Shown here piece by piece: positions 55,094 through 64,000 of a stretch of DNA of 64,000 nucleotides; the first letter of the stretch is position 1, and every line of letters starts with the position of its first letter. The notes below the pieces were generated by a model. That model did no database searches, was not told the origin of the DNA, and worked only from the letters and a program-made list of their open reading frames with translations. The stretch lies in IMG/VR virus record IMGVR_UViG_3300002220_006617, positions 32,001 through 96,000 of that record; one strand, written 5' to 3'. A program made the position numbers and the translations under genes. Origin of the DNA: a virus (taxonomy: Duplodnaviria > Caudoviricetes).

Positions 55094-55546
55094 ATGACTG
55101 TCACCGTAGAAGACCTACAGGAATTCCTCCAGGACGAGGTATCACTGACATTCACTGACTCCAAGTTGCAGAAAGCACTGGTACAGGCCAAAGATTACCT
55201 TATCAAACGAGGAATTACCGCATCCGGACCTACCGGTGACCGCATCACAACACTCCAGGCAGCACTTTTCGTTACAACCGGCCAGATGTATGCCGTCTCC
55301 GGCGAATCCGCCGGGACTTCCGGAACTACCGGCACCGTTATTGAAGGTGGACAAATCACTGAGATACGCGATGGCGACGCCGTCATCAAGTATTCAGCAA
55401 CCTCGGTTCAGGGAGCCACATCCGGCACTGCCGGAAGCGCCGGGACCATTGACAAAACATTCCGGATTTACTGGCAACACCAGCTGGACGAACTGGTCCT
55501 GCTCTCGGACGACTGTGCCGAAACCTACAGTGACGGGGACCCGTAA
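55094..55546 (+). CDS. Head-tail adaptor
   Basis: Helical N-terminus, ITEIRDGDAVIKYS, synteny. Confidence 0.65.
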   Translation: MTVTVEDLQEFLQDEVSLTFTDSKLQKALVQAKDYLIKRGITASGPTGDRITTLQAALFVTTGQMYAVSGESAGTSGTTGTVIEGGQITEIRDGDAVIKYSATSVQGATSGTAGSAGTIDKTFRIYWQHQLDELVLLSDDCAETYSDGDP

Positions 55547-55548
55547 CC

Positions 55549-56103
55549 ATGGCAACCCCGTTTGATGCGATGTTATACGCTCACCCCATCTCACGGATCC
55601 ACGTTACGGCAGAAAGCGTCAACGAAGTTACCGGTGCCAACGTACCGGAATCAACATCTACCACCGCCATAACCGGCGTCCTGCACGATACACTCCCGGT
55701 AAAACCAATGGGAGTAAATGAAACGCAGACGCCCAAAGCGATCATTGTCGAAGGATACCAATCCATCCATACCGGAACTCGGCTGGCATTAGGCGACCGG
55801 GTCCAGATCACGGAACGGGACGGGTCCAAGACATTATGGGAAGTGGCAACAATGCTTTCTGATTATCCGCTCTTATCGAAAACCCTGGGAATAACCTGGT
55901 ATTCGTTTTCGCTCAAGATCATCAACCCGTCCGTGCAGGACCGTGCCCCAATCGTTGTGGCCGACATTGTAGAAAGTGCAACATTCGATCCAATAACCAA
56001 TCACTGGACCATAGTAAACGGGAAAGTCGCATTTGTCGAAGGGTCTTCGACAGCATATCATGAACCGGACATCAGCACTCCGGCGATTGACGACTGGAAC
56101 TAA
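55549..56103 (+). CDS. Head-closure protein
   Basis: Beta-rich, GDRVQI...WEV; synteny. Confidence 0.55.
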   Translation: MATPFDAMLYAHPISRIHVTAESVNEVTGANVPESTSTTAITGVLHDTLPVKPMGVNETQTPKAIIVEGYQSIHTGTRLALGDRVQITERDGSKTLWEVATMLSDYPLLSKTLGITWYSFSLKIINPSVQDRAPIVVADIVESATFDPITNHWTIVNGKVAFVEGSSTAYHEPDISTPAIDDWN

Positions 56104-56134
56104 TCACAGATGACAAAATGGGAATAGACATCGT

Positions 56135-56840
56135 ATGGACAAGGCTACCTTCATCCAGCAACTGGCAAAAGATCCCAAACCCAATGAGAACCGTCAGTCG
56201 TTCTTAACGGAATACGCATCAAAATCGTTCACGGCCGAGAAATACGACCGTGACATTTTCCTGTGTAACCAGTTTGGGATCTGCACAAACCAGTGCCAAC
56301 TCCGCGGTTATTGCCCGCGGCAACGTATAAAATTCCTGATTCCTGCCGTGGTCAACGACCTGAGAAACGATACCCTCTATCCTCATGAGTACATGAACGA
56401 GTATGCGGTCCTCCGTAGCGATCATATGATTTCTGAAGAATCTACCATCGGCAACCGATGTGTCAGTGGACTATAACATGGAAAATTACATCCGACTCAT
56501 AGGAGAAAAGGCATTTTACGTCGAACAACATGAATCGGTCGGCGATATGCTGACAACCACGATCAAGAAAAAAGAGATCGTCACCGAGATCCTCGGGAAT
56601 GAACTGGATACCCTGAAACGGGCCCTCAAGAAACGGGAAGGCATGGAAACCAAAGTAGCCCACGTTCCCTGCTGGAACCCGGACTGCGATAACATGGTCA
56701 TCCTTCCCAAAAGCCAGAAACGGGACTTTACGGTCCGGTTCCTGAAGAATTACGAGAAGATCATGTTACCCTTCTGCTGTAACGAATGTCGGGAAGCATT
56801 CATCCAGTGCATGAAACAAAAAGAGGTTATCATTCAATGA
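56135..56840 (+). other. Two Cys-containing hypothetical CDSs inserted among neck genes
   Basis: CWNPDC..FCCNEC Zn motif in 56460-56840. Confidence 0.55.
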
Positions 56841-57436
56841 TCGAGAAGGAAAAACAGGAACTTATTTTTGCATCGTTACCCCCGAAAAGCAGCACCCAGT
56901 TCACCTGGAGAAACAAGATCTATCAGGTCCACAAAGGATATTTCGAGGATACCGACGTTTCGCAGGAACTGGCCCTGAACGACGTAGTCATCACCATCGA
57001 ACTCGGGGAAGACTGGCGATCGGAAGAGACGGCTGTCAACCACAAGATCGGCCGGAAAGTGGATGCAAACGATGCCAACTTCAACCTCCAGGCATACGGT
57101 GAGAAAGTGCTGGCCGACATCACGGTCAGGGTCTTTGTCAAACGGACCGGCGGAATGGAATCCAAGTTCCTAAAAGACAAGGTCATTGACAAACTCATTG
57201 AATGGTATCTCATGGACCTCAACACCATTCATAACATTGTCCGGCGCAGCAAAGTCAGTAAAATACAGATATTAAAAGATGACTCTCTCCAACGAGAGGT
57301 AACCTTTACCATCTCCTATGTCCGGAAATACGTCCGGAAAGAACCCACTATCGGGACCGTCACCCTGGAAAACCAGATCCTTCACGACGGCGAGGTCATA
57401 ACATCGGGCGGCATCGTTGCCTATTCCCTCGACTAA
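56837..57436 (+). CDS. Tail terminator/completion protein
   Basis: Position before sheath; beta-alpha-beta pattern. Confidence 0.5.
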   Translation: MIEKEKQELIFASLPPKSSTQFTWRNKIYQVHKGYFEDTDVSQELALNDVVITIELGEDWRSEETAVNHKIGRKVDANDANFNLQAYGEKVLADITVRVFVKRTGGMESKFLKDKVIDKLIEWYLMDLNTIHNIVRRSKVSKIQILKDDSLQREVTFTISYVRKYVRKEPTIGTVTLENQILHDGEVITSGGIVAYSLD

Positions 57437-57489
57437 CCCTTTTTAACAGTGACATTCATTTTTAACGGTTTACCTCTGACCATGAGAAC

Positions 57490-58671
57490 ATGCCAAACAT
57501 AGAGGACGCAATCCAAGTTACCATTTCCATGGAATCTGCGAGTTCCTCGGTCAGAGACTGGGGTACGGCAGTGATCGTGGGTGAACCGGAGATTGCTGTC
57601 ACAGACCCCGGCGTAAGTGAGGTTCGGGCGTACAAGACACAAACGGTTGTCAATTCAATTACGTACGATCTCGCTCCTGCAAACACACCGGTCCTTTGTT
57701 ACAGCGTTCTGGATGTACAGAAAGCCCTGGGGGGTTATACTGATTCCCTTGACGGAACCACCATCGGCAGTTCCGGCACACTTGCCGCCATCAACATGTT
57801 CGACCAGGGTGTCAAAGCCATCTACGTGGTTGCCTGCAAAGCAGCTCTGTCAGCCGACATGGGTGACCCGCTGGATACCGAGTACGAGACAACGCTCCAA
57901 TCCCTGATCCCGCTGGCAACTGACAAGAAGATCAGCGGTGTCATGCTCGCTCACCAGACTGCAGTTGCAAAACTCAAGAAACTCCAGACGTTCTGCGATA
58001 CCAATAAGGTGATATTCACATTCACCAACACGCCAACCGTCACAACCTACGGCGATGTTTCGGACATTCTCACAACGTATATCAGCAGTACCCCGAACCT
58101 CAAGTCCCGCCATGGGTTCATGCTGGCCCATGCCGACAAGGACACAACTGACGATATGGCGGCTGTAGCTCTCGGCCTCATCATGAAACTCAAGCCCTGG
58201 TCAACAGCCATGTGGAAGACCGTGGTCTCCAGTGCAACCCACTACTTCACCAGTGCCTGCGTCACCACGCTCGAGGCCAACGGGATCAATGCCCTGACCG
58301 TTATCGGTGGTGCCCAGAAAGCATCCTGCGGCCTGACCACGCTCGGCAGCCCCTACAAGTTCATCGATGTCACCCGGTCAGAATACTATGTTACCGCGGC
58401 TGTCAAAGACGCACTTGTCGCACTCCGGGCCAATTCAGATAAGATCCCCTATGACCAGTCCGGTCTCAACCAGGTACTCGGTGCCCTCATCAGCGCCATG
58501 GATTCCTGTGTCCGGGTCGGTGCAGTCGGCGAATACCGGATCTCCATCCCGGCCTTTGAACAGACCAGCACCGTTGAACGAGAGAACCGTGTTCTCAACA
58601 ACGTCATTGTTGCAGTCCGTCTTGTCGGTGATATCCACACGTTCAACCTCGGGTTAACCATCACCATCTAA
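57490..58671 (+). CDS. Contractile tail sheath protein (compact)
   Basis: L...GIN, FIDV.R, KIPYDQSG...R.NRVL......L.GDIH C-terminal sheath motifs. Confidence 0.85.
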   Translation: MPNIEDAIQVTISMESASSSVRDWGTAVIVGEPEIAVTDPGVSEVRAYKTQTVVNSITYDLAPANTPVLCYSVLDVQKALGGYTDSLDGTTIGSSGTLAAINMFDQGVKAIYVVACKAALSADMGDPLDTEYETTLQSLIPLATDKKISGVMLAHQTAVAKLKKLQTFCDTNKVIFTFTNTPTVTTYGDVSDILTTYISSTPNLKSRHGFMLAHADKDTTDDMAAVALGLIMKLKPWSTAMWKTVVSSATHYFTSACVTTLEANGINALTVIGGAQKASCGLTTLGSPYKFIDVTRSEYYVTAAVKDALVALRANSDKIPYDQSGLNQVLGALISAMDSCVRVGAVGEYRISIPAFEQTSTVERENRVLNNVIVAVRLVGDIHTFNLGLTITI

Positions 58672-58691
58672 ATTTTTGGAGGATACACAAC

Positions 58692-59111
58692 ATGGCAAAA
58701 GATGTTTACGAGTGGGATGCAGAACAGATCAGCATCACCCTTGACGGCCAGACCGTGGACGCATTCCAGGGCCTTGCGTACAGAAATGCGAAGAAGATCA
58801 ACCATATCCGGACGATCAACAAAGGGGTGGTCGGTTACAACCGGTCCCTTGAGGAACCGTCGCTTGAAGTATCCTGTGATTCAACAGCAGCGATCCTGAT
58901 CCACGCCCAGGAACTCAAAAAGAACAAGACGTACTTCAACATCTCCTACACCAGCCCGTCCATCACGATCAACGCAACCAACTGCATTATCCGTGATATC
59001 TCGACCGGTAACATTGGGGAGACCAGCCCGTCAGTCACCATCCAGATGCTTGCACTCAAGATCGATGAGACCATGAAGTCCAGCATCGTTGATGGAGCCA
59101 ACACTCCATAA
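58692..59111 (+). CDS. Tail tube protein
   Basis: WDAEQISITLDG start; follows sheath; 139 aa. Confidence 0.75.
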   Translation: MAKDVYEWDAEQISITLDGQTVDAFQGLAYRNAKKINHIRTINKGVVGYNRSLEEPSLEVSCDSTAAILIHAQELKKNKTYFNISYTSPSITINATNCIIRDISTGNIGETSPSVTIQMLALKIDETMKSSIVDGANTP

Positions 59112-59181
59112 TCTTTTTTATTGACTCTTTCAGAAAGACTCCTCATTTCAATAAATACAAGAGAATCCCCATATTAAGTAT

Positions 59182-59741
59182 ATGGAATCTGAAAAGAAAA
59201 TTTCAGGGTTTACGCCAACGCCCAGCGATGAGATCGATGGTGTCACCTACACGTACCGGAAAATCCCCGGGATCACGTTCATCAGCCTGTATGGTAACGG
59301 CTCAAAACCAACAACCGACCTGTATACCGACATGATCGAAGCCGGTCTCGAGAGTCCCTCACTGTCCCGGGAAGAGATCGTCAAGCTGGACTTCGAACTG
59401 TTCGTCTGTATCGCCCAGCGTATCATTGAAAATCATGAAGGCGTCCGAAAAAACTTGCAAGAGCGGATGGGCCTGAGCACTCGGTTCTGATCGAAGAAGT
59501 CACCCGTGAACTCGATCTGTACCGGTTTGCCAGAGATATCGGGCAGGACATAGATACCGTCCGGAACATGCCATTGGAGAAGGCATATAAATGGATGATC
59601 GCCCTGACCCTGATGGCAGACACGTCACCAGTCCACCCCGCACGTCCACTCCCCCCACCAATCCCCGAAATGCCGCCTGCAGTTGAATGGGAAACCCAGA
59701 TCGTTCGAACCAAAACCGGAAAGATCCTCGAACGAAGCTGA
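59182..59741 (+). CDS. Tail assembly chaperone (59182-59490) with -1 frameshifted extension to 59741
   Basis: In-phase slippery heptamer A AAA AAC at 59448-59454; -1 frame open to TGA at 59739. Confidence 0.75.
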
Positions 59742-59777
59742 CATTCCCTTTTAACCTTTTTTATTTCATACACCTAC

Positions 59778-61046
59778 ATGGATCCACAGACGGCAGTGCT
59801 CAACGCACTCCAGAAACTGAACAACCAGACCCTCGAGGAACTGTTCGTCAATACCGGTATTGATTCGCGGTCCCTCACCGCGGCCCTGGAAACCATGATT
59901 CAACAGAACAAAGTTGAATATGAAGACTGCCATTACCGGTTACGTCTCGTCTTCGCACCATTCCGGAAAGGCCGGAAAGTCGGAGATCTCAAATACAGTG
60001 CGGTCCTCGGCACCGCAGAGTTCCCGCCGGCATACCTGAACAAATATACCAACCATATTGTCCGGAGGTTCCAGGGAAATGCCGGTACCTGTGTCGGACA
60101 GTCCACGGCAGCATCACGGGACCTGGAATACGTCATGCTCACGGGCGAAATACCAACAGCTGCTGACAAAGCCACCGTCACCCGGAACATCGGCAAAACC
60201 TATGGGCAATGCTGGTACGACATCCTGTATCCGACCTCGTTCTCAGCTGCATGGGTTTACTACAAAGCCCGGGAAGAAGCACACCAGCCGGACGACGACG
60301 GTGGCGGCGCTTACGTCTGGGCTGCCTGCAAGGTTCTCAAGGAACAGGGATGTTGCCTTGAAAGCCAGTGGAGGACCCCCAAAGACGGCAGAACTGACTG
60401 GAAAACACCAGTGCCCGGCTCAGACAACTTCACGAACCTGACTGCCGGGGAGTTTGCACCCCAGCACAAGATCGACGGGTATTCAACCATCGACACGCCA
60501 AACGAGATGAAAGCAGCCCTGTACAAACACGGATATGCCTTAATCGGCATCCAGGTATTCGATGACATCTACGATAACATGAACGCTGCAGAGTTCACGG
60601 CAAACGGCCAGTCAGTCGGCGGTCATGCCCTTGTAGCAGTCGGGTATGACGAAGATTACCTGTACGTCATCAACTCATGGGAAGACTGCCCCCAGATCTG
60701 GAAAATGAAATGGGCTTACTACGTGGCAAACGTCGGAGAATCCTATGTCATCCTCGATGACGTAGAAACCAGGATCGCTGCAAGGAATTACGTGAAAGTT
60801 CCCATCACCAGTTCATACCCGGCAGAGATCACCATCCTCCAGGAAAAGATCGGGACCACCCCGACATCTGCCCTGCTGAACGGCGGGACCACTTATACCG
60901 TCACTGCCAAATGTTTCGGACGGACTCAGAAAAAGACCGTAACTATCAAAACCGGCACAACCGTTACGTTCAAATTCTACCGGAACCGGCTCCGGGAAAT
61001 CTTCGAATCGGTCAAGGACTACCTCATCGGTGCCAGGGACGAATAA
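59778..61046 (+). CDS. Papain-family (C1) cysteine peptidase with N-terminal wHTH-like and C-terminal PEGA-like domains
   Basis: QGNAGTCVG, GGHALVAVGY, INSW catalytic motifs; ITS.YPAEI......GTTP. Confidence 0.85.
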   Translation: MDPQTAVLNALQKLNNQTLEELFVNTGIDSRSLTAALETMIQQNKVEYEDCHYRLRLVFAPFRKGRKVGDLKYSAVLGTAEFPPAYLNKYTNHIVRRFQGNAGTCVGQSTAASRDLEYVMLTGEIPTAADKATVTRNIGKTYGQCWYDILYPTSFSAAWVYYKAREEAHQPDDDGGGAYVWAACKVLKEQGCCLESQWRTPKDGRTDWKTPVPGSDNFTNLTAGEFAPQHKIDGYSTIDTPNEMKAALYKHGYALIGIQVFDDIYDNMNAAEFTANGQSVGGHALVAVGYDEDYLYVINSWEDCPQIWKMKWAYYVANVGESYVILDDVETRIAARNYVKVPITSSYPAEITILQEKIGTTPTSALLNGGTTYTVTAKCFGRTQKKTVTIKTGTTVTFKFYRNRLREIFESVKDYLIGARDE

Positions 61047-61091
61047 CCTCCCTGACATTTCTTTTTATCCCTATCAACTTCCTTTAGTACT

Positions 61092-64000
61092 ATGGCTGAT
61101 CCTGTCCCCGATAACTATTTAATAAAACCGTATGGGGATACCTTCATCCCGTATTTTCGCCAGGTCATGGGGGTAGCCAAAGAGATCACCTTACCTGACG
61201 GCTCAGAATACGTTACCGAAGCTGAGGCCAACAGCATCATCGACCAGATCATGCAGGACCGCAAAGGCACGTCAGCCCAGCGAATCCAGCAGAACCGGAA
61301 CCTGTATATCCGCGACATCCCGATGCAGATGCAACAGGACGTCGGGTTCTATGATCCTTATTCAACGGGATTCTACGAAGAATTCGATAAAGTCCTCGGC
61401 GACGCTATCAACAACAAATCCGCTGAAATCGATGGGAAGATCGAAGATACAAAAATTGAGATCGGCCTTCTGGAACTCCAACGGAACGACCCGGGATTAT
61501 CATGGTCGGATAAAACCGATCTCAATCGCCAGATAAAAGAAACCGACAACGAACTCAAAACGTTAATGCTGGTCGCTTCCGTGGCACATAACGTCCAGGC
61601 CGTCTGCTACATGCCCCAACTGTTCCTCAATTCAGCTGAGGATGCCATCAGCATTGGGTTTTCCAACAAATATCAGGCAGATACCTTAACCCGCCTGTAC
61701 AATACCAACGAAGCCTGGCAATCGGCAATCACCCAGCGATTGTTCGGGGGAATGGTCCAGGCCGCCAAAGCAGACCCGCTCCAGTTCGGGCTCGATATGG
61801 TTGTCGGCATCCTTGCATCCAAAGGTGTTGCAAAAGCCGCCGGAAAAATAACACCAAAAGTATTCCCGAAAACCGAGATAAAAACCTTAGCCGACGGCCA
61901 GGTCAAAGTCACCACCAGATCATGGTCGGTTACTGACTTCAAAGAATCCATTGTCGATAAAGTCAAGGAAAAACTTCAGATCACCACAAAAGATCCCGTC
62001 AAACTCAACACACAGTTTGACCAGATCAAGAAATATTACGATAACGCCAACACAATTCTCAGTTACTACGCCAAACCGGCATGGTTACGTTCCCCGGTCC
62101 AGATGGATTACAACCCGCGAAGCGGCAGGGCCCCAACCGAACGAGAAATGGAGTTCATGACCCTCATTGCCGATCAGTTAACCAAAACAGGGGTCTCAAC
62201 AGAAATCGCAATACGTAACCCGGTACAGTCTCTCAAACAGATCAAAGCCAGTCTTTATCATGACCCGGCAGCCCTGTCAAAAATCGTCTATGTCGCCCAC
62301 CAGAAACTCGGTGCAGCTCTCGGGTTATCGATCTGGAACCAGCTCGAGAAAATGCCGGAATCAGAGAACCTGAGAGTAAAACAACAGATTGTTGACAAAA
62401 TCATTGATACCGGAATACCCGTATCTGACCTTCCGCCAACTGCAATTGCACGAATCTTCAACCAGGAAAATCTGATTACCGGCCGGGACGAAACCTTCGT
62501 CAAAAACATGGATTTCCTGAAACGCGGGGGTGAACTATCCCCGGAATTTTATGATCTCAACGATCTTAGCCGTATCCCGCTGGACGTTGCACTATCACCG
62601 AAATCTTCGAACCAGATCGCCGACCTTATCCCACGAATCCGGCAGAAACTGAACATCGAAGAACGTATCGAACTGGTCAAACGACTCCAGGACCTCAAAG
62701 CCCAGAATAAAGATATGGTAATCAGCCCGTATCATATCGACTGGGTATTATATGGGTTCGGCGTTCTCGAACTTCCGGAAATCCGCGATAAATTCAATAA
62801 AGAAATAGTGCGATTAGGCCCAATGGCTGCTATCAACCTGAAATATTTCAGTTATGAAGAAAGTCCTGATTTTATCAAAAACTCCAACCTGAACAGCCAG
62901 GACCGGAAAAAACAGTTTCTTGTTGAAGCAAAATCTGAATCGGCAATGCGATCCAATGCCCGGTTCGAACCTGACGAGAACGGTAACATTATCGACACTT
63001 CCGTACAATTTTCATCAATCGATGTCGGATCTACTTCATTAGGATACATCCCTGTCAACTATGGGAATATCATCAAAGAATACATTGAAACCAATATCTG
63101 GGAACCAAACCTCAAATTAACCAATTACAACGAAGCTGCAGTAAAAAGACTGGCTGAACTTCAACAGAAACGTACTGAATACACCGATCTTTCCATGAAC
63201 GAGATCCTTGAATTAACCGATAATACCAAGAACCTCATGCCGAAAAATTCAGCAGAATACCGGGAATTTCTCGACCGGAAAGCCGGGTACATTGGCCCGA
63301 ACACATTAAACGCCATGGAAACTGCAGATTATTCCCCTATCAACAACATTGAACTGGAAAAACTAATTTACGGCCCAAAATGGGCAGATTACGCAACTTC
63401 AGAAATCTCCATGGATGCACAATCTCACGGTAAAAGCGGTAACGAAGGGTTACGCATGGCACGGACATTATCGGCCGACGGAGTTACCCAACGCGATCGT
63501 GGAGCATTCAACCTGAACCGAAGAACCCGGGCTATCAGCAGTTACCCTGCCGATGCATTACGGCTCAACAACAACAAAGTCAGCACATTCTTAACCAGCA
63601 GCCAGGGCATTTATGAAGGCGAACGGATGATCTGGGAATCTGGCAGTATGATCACCCGTGCAAAACAAGATGCCAAAGATCTTGCCATCGGCCGGGGGGC
63701 CATCTCAATAGATCAATCAACCGGTTTACCTTTAACCGAAACCCAGCGATTAAAAAAACTAGCAGACGCAACTGCATGGATCCAAAAATTCAATTCGGTA
63801 TGGTATAATGAAAAAATTGTTGAAACCTCACTTGGCCCCGTAAAAACCTACCCGGACCGACCCAGTTATATCGAATACCTTGTAGAATCAGGAAAATCAT
63901 ACCTGCCCGGTGCAGAGATGCCGCCCAATCCCTTTGCACAAGGATATGATTTCAACGTCTTCGGGGCAGGACAGAAGTACCTTGGCAAATCCAACGTAGG
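61092..64000 (+). CDS. Very large virion-associated protein, >969 aa, truncated at window edge (not in ORF track)
   Basis: Frame read by hand from ATG 61092 to 64000 with no stop; late-type promoter at 61053. Confidence 0.8.
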   Translation, partial: MADPVPDNYLIKPYGDTFIPYFRQVMGVAKEITLPDGSEYVTEAEANSIIDQIMQDRKGTSAQRIQQNRNLYIRDIPMQMQQDVGFYDPYSTGFYEEFDKVLGDAINNKSAEIDGKIEDTKIEIGLLELQRNDPGLSWSDKTDLNRQIKETDNELKTLMLVASVAHNVQAVCYMPQLFLNSAEDAISIGFSNKYQADTLTRLYNTNEAWQSAITQRLFGGMVQAAKADPLQFGLDMVVGILASKGVAKAAGKITPKVFPKTEIKTLADGQVKVTTRSWSVTDFKESIVDKVKEKLQITTKDPVKLNTQFDQIKKYYDNANTILSYYAKPAWLRSPVQMDYNPRSGRAPTEREMEFMTLIADQLTKTGVSTEIAIRNPVQSLKQIKASLYHDPAALSKIVYVAHQKLGAALGLSIWNQLEKMPESENLRVKQQIVDKIIDTGIPVSDLPPTAIARIFNQENLITGRDETFVKNMDFLKRGGELSPEFYDLNDLSRIPLDVALSPKSSNQIADLIPRIRQKLNIEERIELVKRLQDLKAQNKDMVISPYHIDWVLYGFGVLELPEIRDKFNKEIVRLGPMAAINLKYFSYEESPDFIKNSNLNSQDRKKQFLVEAKSESAMRSNARFEPDENGNIIDTSVQFSSIDVGSTSLGYIPVNYGNIIKEYIETNIWEPNLKLTNYNEAAVKRLAELQQKRTEYTDLSMNEILELTDNTKNLMPKNSAEYREFLDRKAGYIGPNTLNAMETADYSPINNIELEKLIYGPKWADYATSEISMDAQSHGKSGNEGLRMARTLSADGVTQRDRGAFNLNRRTRAISSYPADALRLNNNKVSTFLTSSQGIYEGERMIWESGSMITRAKQDAKDLAIGRGAISIDQSTGLPLTETQRLKKLADATAWIQKFNSVWYNEKIVETSLGPVKTYPDRPSYIEYLVESGKSYLPGAEMPPNPFAQGYDFNVFGAGQKYLGKSNV

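Noticed and set aside
1-64000. Provirus or plasmid status
   Set aside because: No integrase, att site or host-gene flank in the window, so lifestyle cannot be determined

Overview
This window looks like part of a large tailed archaeal virus (myovirus-type). The likely host is an S-layer methanogen, possibly Methanomicrobiales. That is inferred from the archaeal Orc1/Cdc6 with ORB-like sites, TATA-box promoters, an archaeal lipobox lipoprotein and RadC. Positions 1-45 kb hold about 100 mostly small, co-oriented + strand accessory genes. Recognisable ones are two nucleotidyltransferases (one a class II CCA enzyme), a Dam-type methylase, a ubiquitin-like cluster (Ubl/ThiF/JAB/E2-like), Orc1/Cdc6 with an adjacent origin, an AAA ATPase, RNase H, a radical SAM protein, a Csx16-like protein, Tmk, SLOG, RadC and a PAPS reductase. 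Positions 45-50 kb are repeat- and hairpin-rich. They contain about 22 GTWAC sites ahead of a putative DNA-binding protein, and two copies of a structured non-coding block, each followed by a 47-aa hydrophobic peptide. Positions 51.7-64 kb are the morphogenesis module: protease/scaffold, capsid, neck, sheath, tube, a frameshifted tail chaperone, a papain-like peptidase and a >969-aa ORF running off the window. Three dispersed cis-element families stand out: a non-TATA motif AAAATTACCAAAAG-N10-ATG, a TGAC-plus-TATA late-type promoter, and long hairpins capped by a TGAT tetraloop, often next to members of a three-paralogue protein family. No integrase, terminase, portal, rRNA or CRISPR array was seen. 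All protein calls come from motif recognition by eye, not database searches.
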